NCBI GenBank assembly: GCA_001817505.1
Contig: MHIM01000028.1
Location: 383 to 64,382 of the forward strand
Direction: 5' to 3'
Source of the DNA: Candidatus Buchananbacteria bacterium RIFCSPLOWO2_01_FULL_39_33
GTDB taxonomy: Bacteria; Patescibacteriota; Patescibacteriia; 2-01-FULL-39-33
Length of the DNA stretch: 64,000 nt
Within the stretch, counting starts at the first letter, position 1. Each line of letters opens with the position of its first letter. Both the position numbers and the translations under genes were made by a program. The notes under the pieces are model-generated. The model saw nothing but the letters and a program-made list of their open reading frames with translations. It did no database searches and was not told where the DNA came from. Of this stretch, positions 9,309-18,483 are shown in pieces.

Positions 9309-9779
9309 TTAAAATCTTTGTTTTAATGTTCGCTGTATTTCTCTTGCCGCTTCCCGCTTTTTGATAGTTTCTCTTTTATCAATCTTGGTTTTACCGCGGG
9401 CGAGAGCGATAGCTACTTTAATCAGTCCTTTCTTAGTATATACACTTATCGGTATAATTGTCAAGCCCTTATAAGAGCTTTTGCCAATTAGCGAGCTTAT
9501 TTCTTTTTTGCGCAGGAGCAGTTTTCTGGGACGATGAGGATCGTATTTTTTTTGAGCGCTTTTAGCCGGCTGATAAGGCGTGATATGGGCTTTAAGCAGC
9601 CAGACCTCACTGTTTTTATCAATAGTGGCATAAGAGCCCTTTAAACTCATTTGTCCTAATTTAACCGCTTTGACTTCCGGACCGCTTAAGACCAAGCCGG
9701 CTTGGTAGGTTTCCAATATTTCATAATTGAATAAGCCGTCTTTATTAGCGGCTATTATTTTGGGTTGGCCTTTGGACAT
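9309..9779 (-). CDS. smpB: SsrA-binding protein SmpB
   Basis: YEILETYQAGLVLSGPEVKAVK..RPRKLLL..KIDKRETIKKRE. Confidence 0.97.
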   Translation of the reverse strand: MSKGQPKIIAANKDGLFNYEILETYQAGLVLSGPEVKAVKLGQMSLKGSYATIDKNSEVWLLKAHITPYQPAKSAQKKYDPHRPRKLLLRKKEISSLIGKSSYKGLTIIPISVYTKKGLIKVAIALARGKTKIDKRETIKKREAAREIQRTLKQRF

Positions 9780-9890
9780 CTTGTTTGACTTGGCGGTTTC
9801 TGGTAAAGTATAATTTAAGTAGTTCGGATCTCTAACTGATGGCAGGTGGACAAGTAAGCGCTTTATTAAAATTAACTTATTTGTAATAAA

Positions 9891-10937
9891 ATGGCAAATC
9901 CAGAATGGCCCCAGAAGATTACTTTTGATGTTTCCCTATCGGCTTTGTTTAAAATTTCAGTTTTATTCCTGATTGTCTTTTTTTTATTTTTCGTCAGAGA
10001 TGTGATTCTGATTATTTTTGTGGCTTTAATTTTGGCTTCAGCTTTGGACCCTTGGGTTGATTTCATGCAGAAGCACAAGATACCGCGCGGCTTGGGTATA
10101 CTGATGATTTATTTAGTAGCGATTATTATTTTAGCCGGAACAGTTTATTTGATTATACCACCAATAGCGATTGAGGTTAAGGATTTAGCCAAGGATTTTC
10201 CCCTTTATTGGGAAAGGTTGTCCGGCAGTGTTGAGAGCTTTCGCATCTATTCTGATGACCATGGCTGGACGCAGACCATCCAGAATTCGCTTAATGATTT
10301 GCAATCCAATGTCAATGCGATTGAAGCGGCGGCTGGCGGAGTTTTCTCTACCGTTTTTGCTTTTTTAGGCGGCCTATTCTCTTTGTTAATCGTGGCGGTT
10401 TTGACTTTTTATTTGACTATTGAAGAGCAGGCCATGAAAAGAGTGTTACGCTCACTGGTGCCGGTCAAATACCAGCCGTATGTTACTCATTTAATCAATC
10501 GAATTCAGGAAAAAATAGGTCTTTGGCTTCGGGGCCAATTGATTTTATCTCTGATAATATTCCTGTTGAGTTGGTTTGGCCTGACTATTTTGGGAATTAA
10601 ATACACTTTGGTCTTGGCTTTATTTGCCGGCATTATGGAATTGGTGCCTTATCTGGGCCCGTTTATCGGAGCGATTCCGGCAGTGTTTATTGCTTTGACT
10701 CAAGCACCGGCTCTGGCCTTGGGAGTGGTGATTGTTTATCTAATCATCCAGCAGTTGGAAAATCATATTATAGTTCCGAAAGTGATGCAGAAAGCTGTTG
10801 GCCTTAATCCGATAATTACTATTGTGGCCATGATGATCGGTTTCAAGCTGGCCGGCATTTTGGGCATTGTCATAGCGATTCCGGCAGCCACGGCTTTAAA
10901 TATCGTCTTAAACGATTTTATTGAAATCAAGAAATAA
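9891..10937 (+). CDS. AI-2E family transporter
   Basis: Multi-TM; WLRGQL, ELVPYLGPFIGAIP, QQLENHIIVPKVM, VGLNP. Confidence 0.9.
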   Translation: MANPEWPQKITFDVSLSALFKISVLFLIVFFLFFVRDVILIIFVALILASALDPWVDFMQKHKIPRGLGILMIYLVAIIILAGTVYLIIPPIAIEVKDLAKDFPLYWERLSGSVESFRIYSDDHGWTQTIQNSLNDLQSNVNAIEAAAGGVFSTVFAFLGGLFSLLIVAVLTFYLTIEEQAMKRVLRSLVPVKYQPYVTHLINRIQEKIGLWLRGQLILSLIIFLLSWFGLTILGIKYTLVLALFAGIMELVPYLGPFIGAIPAVFIALTQAPALALGVVIVYLIIQQLENHIIVPKVMQKAVGLNPIITIVAMMIGFKLAGILGIVIAIPAATALNIVLNDFIEIKK

Positions 10938-11028
10938 ATATTACTAACTAATCAGCTTTTTGCAGACGCGGGATAGATTTATTGATAAATATTATTCTGC
11001 CATTTGCAAACAGCGAAAGGAAAAAATA

Positions 11029-11592
11029 ATGGTTTACAAAAAAAGGGACAGTCATCAGGTTTCGGAGATTATTCCTGATGAACAAGCAGAGCTGGAAATG
11101 GGCGCCCAGAATTACGCTTATGGGGCCAAAAGCGGCAGGGGATTCTTAAAATTTGTCATTATTGCTTTAGTGGTGATAGTGGTGGTCGTCGGCGGTTGGT
11201 ATCTGATTGACAACTATACCGATTGGAATTTACCGGGAATGAATTTCCAAAATAAGGCAGTGTCAAGAGGTTGGTATGCCGTGTTCTTATCCAATGGCCA
11301 GGTTTATTTCGGCAAAATTGATAAAATAAATAAAAGCGATCTGGTTTTAAGCAATATTTATTATTTACAAGTGGTGACTAAGCCCTTACAACAAAGCCAG
11401 GAAACTCCGTCTGTTAATCAAGCCCAAACCCAGCAGGAGCTGACCTTAGCCAAACTGGGTAACGAATTGCATGGTCCAGTTGATATCATGACGATTAATC
11501 GCGACCATATCCTTTTGACTGAAGAATTGAAAGAGGACTCCAAAGTGGTAACGGCCATTACCACCTATATTGCCGAACAAGCCGCCAAATAA
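11029..11592 (+). CDS. Membrane-anchored hypothetical protein (conserved CPR type)
   Basis: One TM then WYAVFLSNGQVYFG..YYLQ..LGNELHGP. Confidence 0.75.
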   Translation: MVYKKRDSHQVSEIIPDEQAELEMGAQNYAYGAKSGRGFLKFVIIALVVIVVVVGGWYLIDNYTDWNLPGMNFQNKAVSRGWYAVFLSNGQVYFGKIDKINKSDLVLSNIYYLQVVTKPLQQSQETPSVNQAQTQQELTLAKLGNELHGPVDIMTINRDHILLTEELKEDSKVVTAITTYIAEQAAK

Positions 11593-11678
11593 TAATTATC
11601 AATCTGCATTTTAAAAGGACGTGGAAAAACCGCGTCCTTTTTGTTATACTAAATAAAGATAATGACTTTATAATGTTG

Positions 11679-11722
11679 CTGGCCGAATACCCCTGGCTTT
11701 TAAGCCAGGGGATGAAGGCCAG
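11679..11722. repeat. IS200/IS605-type end hairpin remnant
   Basis: CCCCTGGCTT-TT-AAGCCAGGGG-ATGAA flanked by CTGGCC/GGCCAG; no transposase nearby. Confidence 0.55.
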
Positions 11723-11744
11723 TGTGAGAAAAAATATTGTCGGC

Positions 11745-11774
11745 GGTAGAGACGGGGCATGCCCCGTCTCTACC
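11745..11774. repeat. GTAG-family REP-like perfect palindrome
   Basis: GGTAGAGACGGGGCATGCCCCGTCTCTACC, a 30-bp perfect palindrome. Confidence 0.7.
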
Positions 11775-11832
11775 AGTCATTCTGAATTTGCCCAGATACT
11801 GCGGTCTTTAGACCGCAGTCAAATTCATTAAA

Positions 11833-12576
11833 ATGCAATTAGAAAATAGTAAAATTTTCGATGATGGTGAAAAATATCTGACTCTTTTGGAGTTGTCCAG
11901 AGCGCAAAAATATGGTCTGGAATATCTGCTTGACGCCGCCAGCCGCGGGCAACTCAAGGCCTTTAAGATTGGTGATGACTGGCTGACTACCGCCAAGTGG
12001 TTTGATGATTATAATTTCTTAATTAAGAAGGAAATTGCCGGGGAAGTTGCCCGTTTCCGGCAGACCGATGAAAAGAGCCAATGGGCCGATTTTTTTACCA
12101 AGGAAAACCGTCGTCTGGCTTTTAGACCCCAGATTTTTTTGATTATAATAATTTTTTCTCTGTTTTCCTTTTCTTTAAGTTGGCTGGCCTTTTCTCCCAG
12201 AGGCAATAAGATGGCGCTGGCTGCCAGCAATCTGGTTAATAAGAAATATGTGGCAGCCAATTATTTTTTAAATTCGGTTCATGGCGTTTATGGTTATGGC
12301 TCCGGTTACTTAGCTTATCTATTTAACAGTTCTCTGATGTCAGTCGGCCTGCTCTATGATGCTACCCTTGAAGCCGCCAAAGGGCTGGACCAAATAGCCT
12401 TGGGGATTGATAATAAGACCCGAAGCTATAAAATATCCGATGAAATCATTACCGAAGGAATCCATGAATTAGCTGAGATAGCCAGGCATAAATATCGAGC
12501 GGTGGCCGGTACTGAAGAAATCAGGCGCCAAATATATTTTAGTGAATGGCAGAAATCGTCTGAATCGGGCAATTAA
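11833..12576 (+). CDS. Hypothetical protein, N-terminal excisionase-like HTH followed by a TM segment
   Basis: YLTLLELS..YLLDAASRGQLKAFKIGDDWLTT then hydrophobic IFLIIIIFSLFSF. Confidence 0.65.
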   Translation: MQLENSKIFDDGEKYLTLLELSRAQKYGLEYLLDAASRGQLKAFKIGDDWLTTAKWFDDYNFLIKKEIAGEVARFRQTDEKSQWADFFTKENRRLAFRPQIFLIIIIFSLFSFSLSWLAFSPRGNKMALAASNLVNKKYVAANYFLNSVHGVYGYGSGYLAYLFNSSLMSVGLLYDATLEAAKGLDQIALGIDNKTRSYKISDEIITEGIHELAEIARHKYRAVAGTEEIRRQIYFSEWQKSSESGN

Positions 12577-12645
12577 CTGATTATTGCCGAATCCTTGGCT
12601 TTTCGCTAAGATGGTTTAACTCAAATGATTATTAAAATATTCCAT

Positions 12646-14016
12646 ATGCCTTTAAAGGATGACGATTTGATGCAAAAAATAGTGTCGTTTTGTAAAAGGA
12701 GGGGCTTTATTTTTCCGGCCTCGGAGATTTATGGCGGCTTTGCCAATGCTTACAGTTATGGCCCTTATGGCACGGAACTCAAAAACAACATCAAAAAATT
12801 GTGGTGGAAAATGTTTGTTCAAGACCGGGCAGATATTGTTGGCTTAGACGGACCGATTTTACTCAACCCCAAAATTTGGGAGGCCTCTGGCCACACCAGC
12901 GGTTTTAATGATGCTATGGTTGACTGTCGGGCCTGCCAAAAAAGATTTCGCGCCGACCACTTAGTGGAACAAGCGACTGGCCGTGATTTGGAAGGCGATT
13001 TAAAAGCGATGTCAAAAATTTTGCATGATGAAAAAGTCAAATGTCCCAATTGCGGCCAATCCGATTGGACAAAGGTCAGGAATTTAAATCTGATGTTTAA
13101 GACCGAAATGAACGGCATTGAGGGACCGGTCTATCTTCGGCCAGAAACTGCCGGCGCTATTTTTGTGGATTTTAAAAATGTTATTGATTCTATGAGGGTC
13201 AAGATACCCTTTGGCATCGCCCAAATCGGCAAGGCCTTTAGAAACGAAATTATCGCTGGCAATTTTATTTTTCGTTTGCGGGAATTTGAGCAAATGGAAA
13301 TTGAATATTTTATTGACCCCAAGACCAAATGGGAGCCGTTGTTTGAAGGGTGGCTTAGAGACCAAGGGGAATTTGTAATGGCTTTGGGCGCCAAGAAAAA
13401 GAATTTTAGAAGATTTGAACATCCTAAAGAGAAACTTTCCCATTATTCTAAAAAGACCGTGGATATTGAATATAATTTCCCTTTTGGCTGGAGCGAGCTC
13501 TATGGCTTGGCGCATCGGGGCGATTTTGATTTAAGCCAGCATGCCAAATTTTCCGGCCAGGATTTGAGTTATTTGGACCAGATTTCTAACCACCGGTATA
13601 TCCCGCATGTTTTAGAGCCGACTTTTGGTGTTGATAGAAGTGTTTTAGTGTCTTTGGTCTCGGCTTACACTGAAGAGAAAGTAGGGGATGAGGAAAGAGT
13701 AGTTTTGAAGTTTCCTAAAAACTTAGCGCCGATTAAAGTAGCGATTTTCCCGCTTTTAAAAAACAAAGAAAAATTAGTTGAGAAAGCCAAAGGAATTTTT
13801 AATTCTTTGAAAACCGAATTAATATGCGAGTTTGATGATAACGGCAATATTGGCAAACGCTACCGCCGGCAGGATGAAATCGGCACGCCTTATTGTATAA
13901 CAGTTGATTTTGATACTTTGGATAACAACACCGTCACTGTCCGCGACCGTGATAGCATGAAGCAGGAGAGGGTGAATATCGGGGAGTTGAAAGAATGGCT
14001 TAAGAGGGAAATTTAA
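12646..14016 (+). CDS. glyQS: Glycine--tRNA ligase (homodimeric alpha2 type)
   Basis: KRRGFIFP.SEIYGG, YLRPETA, GKAFRNEI, FRLREFEQMEIE, IGKRYRRQDEIGTP. Confidence 0.97.
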   Translation: MPLKDDDLMQKIVSFCKRRGFIFPASEIYGGFANAYSYGPYGTELKNNIKKLWWKMFVQDRADIVGLDGPILLNPKIWEASGHTSGFNDAMVDCRACQKRFRADHLVEQATGRDLEGDLKAMSKILHDEKVKCPNCGQSDWTKVRNLNLMFKTEMNGIEGPVYLRPETAGAIFVDFKNVIDSMRVKIPFGIAQIGKAFRNEIIAGNFIFRLREFEQMEIEYFIDPKTKWEPLFEGWLRDQGEFVMALGAKKKNFRRFEHPKEKLSHYSKKTVDIEYNFPFGWSELYGLAHRGDFDLSQHAKFSGQDLSYLDQISNHRYIPHVLEPTFGVDRSVLVSLVSAYTEEKVGDEERVVLKFPKNLAPIKVAIFPLLKNKEKLVEKAKGIFNSLKTELICEFDDNGNIGKRYRRQDEIGTPYCITVDFDTLDNNTVTVRDRDSMKQERVNIGELKEWLKREI

Positions 14017-14025
14017 TTGAACGCC

Positions 14026-15943
14026 ATGAAAAACCCCGAATTTCTCAAACAAAAATACGATCTCCATAACAGCCCCGAGGCGGCTTCAGCCGCTAAGAGC
14101 AGCGAGGTTGCTATCGGCCGGAAGGTTCCTCAAAATCCCGAGGCGCGCATTGAGAATTATCTCGCTCGCCTGGAACAGCTAGCTCTTGATCCTGAAAAAA
14201 AACAGGCCAGAAAAATGTTCGGCGGTGAGCCGCGGCCTCGCGCGCTCGCCATCCTGCGGGAAATGGTAATGGACAAGTATGTCAGACCAAATAAAGATAA
14301 GCTGGCTCAAGGCGCGGCACAAGTGGAAGAGCGCGCCGCCAGAGAACTAGGCATTGAGGCGCGCTATGGCCAAGAAGAACTGGCCGAGCGCGGAGAAATA
14401 GCCGTGGCGGACTTGGAAAAGTCCCTGGACAATTGGATCTTGTATCTTTCCGATTTGAATGAGCCATACCCTGTTTGGTTCAGGTATTATGCTTTTCGCA
14501 ATATTCTTGATCTGGGCGATTATGACAAGGACAAAGGCGAATTCACCAAGCGCTCAAAAGGCAGCACGCGTCTTTTTCCCGATATTGATCGCGGTGCTCT
14601 GGCCTATGTGGAGCAGATGATAGAAGCCTCACGCGATCCCAAAATGCTAGAACGGCTCATCGGCGCCCAGCAAACAGCGGCTCGAGGAGACATACCCGCC
14701 GATCAGCTCATCACCAAAGAAAAAGCCCAAAACTTCGCCCAACTCTCATTCGCCAAGCAATACGCCGAGGGTATCCGACAAGCCGGCGAGATTACACCGG
14801 AGATGAGGGCTGAAACTAAAGGTCAGTGGGTCAAATATCAGAAAGGCACCGATCCGACAGCTTTATGGGCCTCTTTGCAAAACAAGGGCACGGCTTGGTG
14901 CACCAAGGGCTTTGCCACGGCCGAGACCCAGCTCAAAGGCGGCGACTTCTATGTCTATTACACTCTTTGATCGCCAAGGTCAGCCCACTATTCCCCGCAT
15001 TGCCATCCGTCTGCAAGGCTCCAATATCGGAGAGGTGCGCGGCGTGGCCGATAATGATCAGAATCTGGAAGGCAATATGGCTACTATCGCCGAAGAAAAA
15101 CTCAAGGAATTTCCTGACAGCCAGCAATATGAGAAGAAAACTCAAGACATGAAACTGCTGACTGCCATTGAAAAGAAAACCAAAAACAACGAACCACTGA
15201 CCAGAAACGAACTGATCTTTCTCTACGAGATCAACTCCAAAATAGAGGGCTTCGGCTATCAAGACGATCCGCGCATCAAGGAAATCCGCGAAACCAGAAA
15301 AGTCGAAAAGGACGCATCAATTATTTTTGAATGTGAACAATCGCAAATCGCTTATGACGAGAAAGACGTCACTGAAAACACACAAGCATACATTGGAAAA
15401 TGGAACATCAAAATCTTCCAGAAAATCAGAAACTATCCGAACATCAAACATCTTTTTGAATCATTTCCGGACAAAAAAATATTCATGGAAACTCTGGAAA
15501 CTGACCCGAGTATCAATTCTCCTGAATCCGCCGAAGAAGCAATGAAAAGAAAAAAGATCTATTATTCCGATTGGGGTAAAGACATTCTTTACAAAACAGA
15601 ATTCAGTGAAGAAAAACAGTCCTATGATTTAGTGAGATTTTCCGTAGAACAACTTGGATTTCCCAAGGGTGCGACTACGCAAGAAATATACGATAAAGCG
15701 GAAAAATTAGGATTGGAACTTTGCCCGGCAGAAGTTGGTCCGCATTTGCGTTTGCAATATCCAGGCAAAGAATGGATGTTAATTGCGATGAAACAAATTC
15801 CTGACCGCTATGACTCTCCGGCTGTGTTCCTCCTGGGCACTTATGGTGGACAGCTCGTACTCTACGGCTACGATGCCAAGCCTTCGAGCAGGTGGTGTAC
15901 TGACGATGAGTTTGTTTTCCGCGTCCGCAAGTTTAAAACTTAG
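14026..15943 (+). pseudogene. DGR target gene (~640 aa if intact) with C-terminal VR; split by an extra T at 14966-14968
   Basis: ORF 14017-14970 ends GGDFYVYYTL*; removing one T from CTTTGA continues DRQGQPTIPRIAIR into the second ORF, which ends in the VR. May be a sequencing error rather than true decay. Confidence 0.75.
15797..15927 (+). repeat. DGR variable region (VR)
   Basis: 131-bp ungapped match to 16266-16396; all 20 mismatches lie opposite TR adenines. Confidence 0.97.
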
Positions 15944-16000
15944 AAATTTTTTCACTTTTAATTTTTTGACGTTTTGAAGTTTTGTTTCTTTGATACTTTT

Positions 16001-16013
16001 CCGCCGTAGGCGG
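16001..16013 (+). other. DGR cis-acting hairpin candidate CCGCC-GTA-GGCGG
   Basis: 5-bp GC stem with GNA triloop ~75 nt after VR, like hairpins reported downstream of DGR VRs. Confidence 0.6.
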
Positions 16014-16027
16014 TCGACACAATTTTT

Positions 16028-16036
16028 TGGTATAAT
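16028..16036 (+). promoter_or_regulatory. Extended -10 promoter candidate for the TR/RT transcript
   Basis: TGgTATAAT about 230 nt upstream of TR. Confidence 0.45.
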
Positions 16037-16265
16037 ATATTCAGTTTGATTTATCGGACGGTTACGGCTTTCCGAAATCTTTCCGGCAAATGCGTATTGA
16101 GAGCGCAAGCGGTCAAGGCTTCTTGCGGAGTGGTTTGTATTTTGTCTTCAAAAAGAAATTTACTTGGTATGCGGCGCTGGTGGATTTTAGATCCCAAATA
16201 ATATACAGCTTGTGGTCTTCTGCTTTGTGGATTACTCAGGCAGTGTCAAAGATGGCCCCGCATAT

Positions 16266-16396
16266 ATTACTGACCGCAATGACAATCCGAATGTGTTCAA
16301 CCTGAGCACTAATGGTGAACAGCTCGAACTCAACGGCAACAATGCCAAGCCTTCGAACAGGTGGAATACTGACAATAAGTTTGTTTTCCGCGTCCG
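16266..16396 (+). repeat. DGR template region (TR)
   Basis: A-rich copy of VR with 11 AAY codons; ends TTTGTTTTCCGCGTCCG like VR, then diverges (IMH* region). Confidence 0.97.
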
Positions 16397-16419
16397 TTAG
16401 TCAATTCTTTTTCCGCGTT

Positions 16420-16818
16420 TCACAAATCGCGGTTTTTCTTATCAGGATTTTTAAAACTATTCCGCCAGCCGCCCAGCATCCGACCGGTTTCTTCAAGCTT
16501 CAAAGACACAATTTCGCAGTGCCTATGGGAAATCAACTTGCCTTCCCAAGCCACGGAAACCAAGAATTTTAATGTATCTAAAATGAGAATGCAATTGGCA
16601 ATTTTCTCCGCCTTTTTCTCTTTCTCGGTAAAATATGCGTTATATGACAGTTCCAGCAGATCAAGAAATTTATTTTCAATCCGAGTTCTAATAGTGTAAC
16701 GGGCTCCTTTAGCAATATGAGGCATAATATCAACCCAAATCAAATATCCCTCTTCGATTCTATTGAGAATAGAGGCGTTATCGAGAGAGAGAGAGAGAGT
16801 AGAATTCGGCCGTGTCAT
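16420..16818 (-). CDS. avd: Avd-like four-helix-bundle accessory protein
   Basis: PHIAKGARYTIRTRIEN..LDTLKFLV..LEETGRMLGGW, bAvd-type signature; between TR and RT; start assumed at MTRPNS. Confidence 0.85.
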   Translation of the reverse strand: MTRPNSTLSLSLDNASILNRIEEGYLIWVDIMPHIAKGARYTIRTRIENKFLDLLELSYNAYFTEKEKKAEKIANCILILDTLKFLVSVAWEGKLISHRHCEIVSLKLEETGRMLGGWRNSFKNPDKKNRDL

Positions 16819-17796
16819 ATTTATAATGATATCATTTCTGTGGAAAATTTGCTTGCCGCCTGGCGAGAATTTCTGCGCGGCAAGCGGCATCGCCAAGATG
16901 TGGCGTTATTTTCGCTCCATTTAACTGATAATATTTTATTATTACAGCGTGAACTTGCAAACAGAACTTACCGGCATGGTCCATATCGCGCTTTCAAAAT
17001 CAATGATCCGAAACCGCGTCATATTCACAAAGCGAGTGTCCGTGATCGACTAGTCCATCACGTTATTTATCGGGTTTTATATCCATATTTTGATTCGAAG
17101 TTTATTTTTGATTCATTTTCGTGCCGTCGCGGCAAGGGGACGCACCGAGCAATGAATAGATTTCAGCAGTATGGCCGGCAGGTATCGCGCAATAATACTC
17201 GGACGGCCTGGATTTTGAAAGGCGATATCAGGAAATTTTTCGCCAGCATTGACCATAAGATTCTGCGCGACATTTTATCGCGGCAAATCAGAGATAATGA
17301 CGTTGTTCGGCTCTTGGGCGAAGTGATCGGAAGTTTCCAGACCAAAGACAAACCCAATATCGGTCTGCCGCTCGGCAATCTGACCAGCCAACTCTTAGTG
17401 AATATTTATCTGAATGAATTCGATTATTTCATTAAGAGAAAATTGAAAATTGCATATTATGTCCGTTATGCCGATGACTTCGTGATTATATCGGACGATA
17501 AACGATGGTTAGCAAACCAAATCAGGCCAATCAGCGATTTTTTGTTTAATAATTTGCAACTTCAGCTTCACTCCGATAAGGTTTTTATTAAGAGTTTGGC
17601 GTCCGGCGTTGATTTCCTCGGCTGGGTGCATTTCCCGCGCCATCGCGTACTAAGAACAGCGACGAAAAGAAGGATGTTAAAAAGAATCATTGAAAATCCC
17701 AAACCTGAGTCGGTGAATTTGTATTTGGGATTGATCAGTCATGGCAATAGCTATAAACTGCGAGAGAGAATTGCCAATTTATGCGATTTTTGCTAA
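16717..17796 (+). CDS. DGR-class reverse transcriptase
   Basis: KPRHI..RDRLVHH, KGDIRKFFASIDH, GLPLGNLTSQ (DGR-type SQ), YVRYADDF, GVDFLGW. Confidence 0.96.
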   Translation: MRHNINPNQISLFDSIENRGVIERERESRIRPCHIYNDIISVENLLAAWREFLRGKRHRQDVALFSLHLTDNILLLQRELANRTYRHGPYRAFKINDPKPRHIHKASVRDRLVHHVIYRVLYPYFDSKFIFDSFSCRRGKGTHRAMNRFQQYGRQVSRNNTRTAWILKGDIRKFFASIDHKILRDILSRQIRDNDVVRLLGEVIGSFQTKDKPNIGLPLGNLTSQLLVNIYLNEFDYFIKRKLKIAYYVRYADDFVIISDDKRWLANQIRPISDFLFNNLQLQLHSDKVFIKSLASGVDFLGWVHFPRHRVLRTATKRRMLKRIIENPKPESVNLYLGLISHGNSYKLRERIANLCDFC

Positions 17797-17816
17797 AATA
17801 GCGATATAAATTAATT

Positions 17817-18161
17817 ATGGAAATAAAAATAATTGAAAATAAAATAACTTGGCCAGAAGTTAAGAAGCTGGCCAATGAAAGTTATGGCGATATGGTCAAA
17901 GCCGTAGCTGATGTTAACCAGGGTTTTTTGGCGATTGGCGGAGAAATGCATGCCGATGCCGAACAATTATTGATAGAAAAGGGTTCGCGGCAGGACGATT
18001 TATGGGGCTTTAATATTTATCCAGAAGCGCCAAGCGAAAAAATGTTAGAATATGTGTCGTTTATAAACATCCGGCCCAAACTCGGCAATCGCAGCCAGGA
18101 AATAAACAGTCAGACAATCAAAGATAGAATAAAAGCGTTGATAAATAAAATGATTGTATGA
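17817..18161 (+). CDS. DUF5674-like protein
   Basis: MVKAVAD..GGEMHADAEQLL..GSRQDDLWGFN..SFINIRP. Confidence 0.75.
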   Translation: MEIKIIENKITWPEVKKLANESYGDMVKAVADVNQGFLAIGGEMHADAEQLLIEKGSRQDDLWGFNIYPEAPSEKMLEYVSFINIRPKLGNRSQEINSQTIKDRIKALINKMIV

Positions 18162-18466
18162 GCGAGGAAAATTGGCATGAAAAATCACTATCTTGGCAAT
18201 TGGGTAATATCGGTAGCGAAGTGTCACGCGCCATTAATCGCGATAAAATTGGTGATAGCAATGGCCGGCAAAACGCCTTAGAACGCGCTTTGGAACTCAT
18301 TGATTTTACTTTATCGGATAAAAAACATATTAATCGGCTAAAAGAAATTGTTAGATTACGGGAATTATTGGCTGGTCATTATATTAACAATAATTATTAT
18401 CAAGTCGGTTTAGAGGATTTAAATAAATATTTACTGTCATTTGCTTTATTGGCGAAAAATAAATAA
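18158..18466 (+). CDS. Small helical hypothetical protein
   Basis: QLGNIGSEVSRA..ALERALELIDFT..EIVRLRE; coupled to upstream gene by ATGA overlap. Confidence 0.7.
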   Translation: MSEENWHEKSLSWQLGNIGSEVSRAINRDKIGDSNGRQNALERALELIDFTLSDKKHINRLKEIVRLRELLAGHYINNNYYQVGLEDLNKYLLSFALLAKNK

Positions 18467-18483
18467 TAAAAATTATTTAAATA

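Noticed and set aside
16212-16400. 62-aa ORF over TR as a protein gene
   Set aside because: It is the template repeat read in the VR frame; openness follows from the AAY-rich TR.
16717-17796. RT as group II intron or retron
   Set aside because: No maturase/endonuclease extension or VTG motif; SQ motif, Avd and TR/VR point to a DGR.
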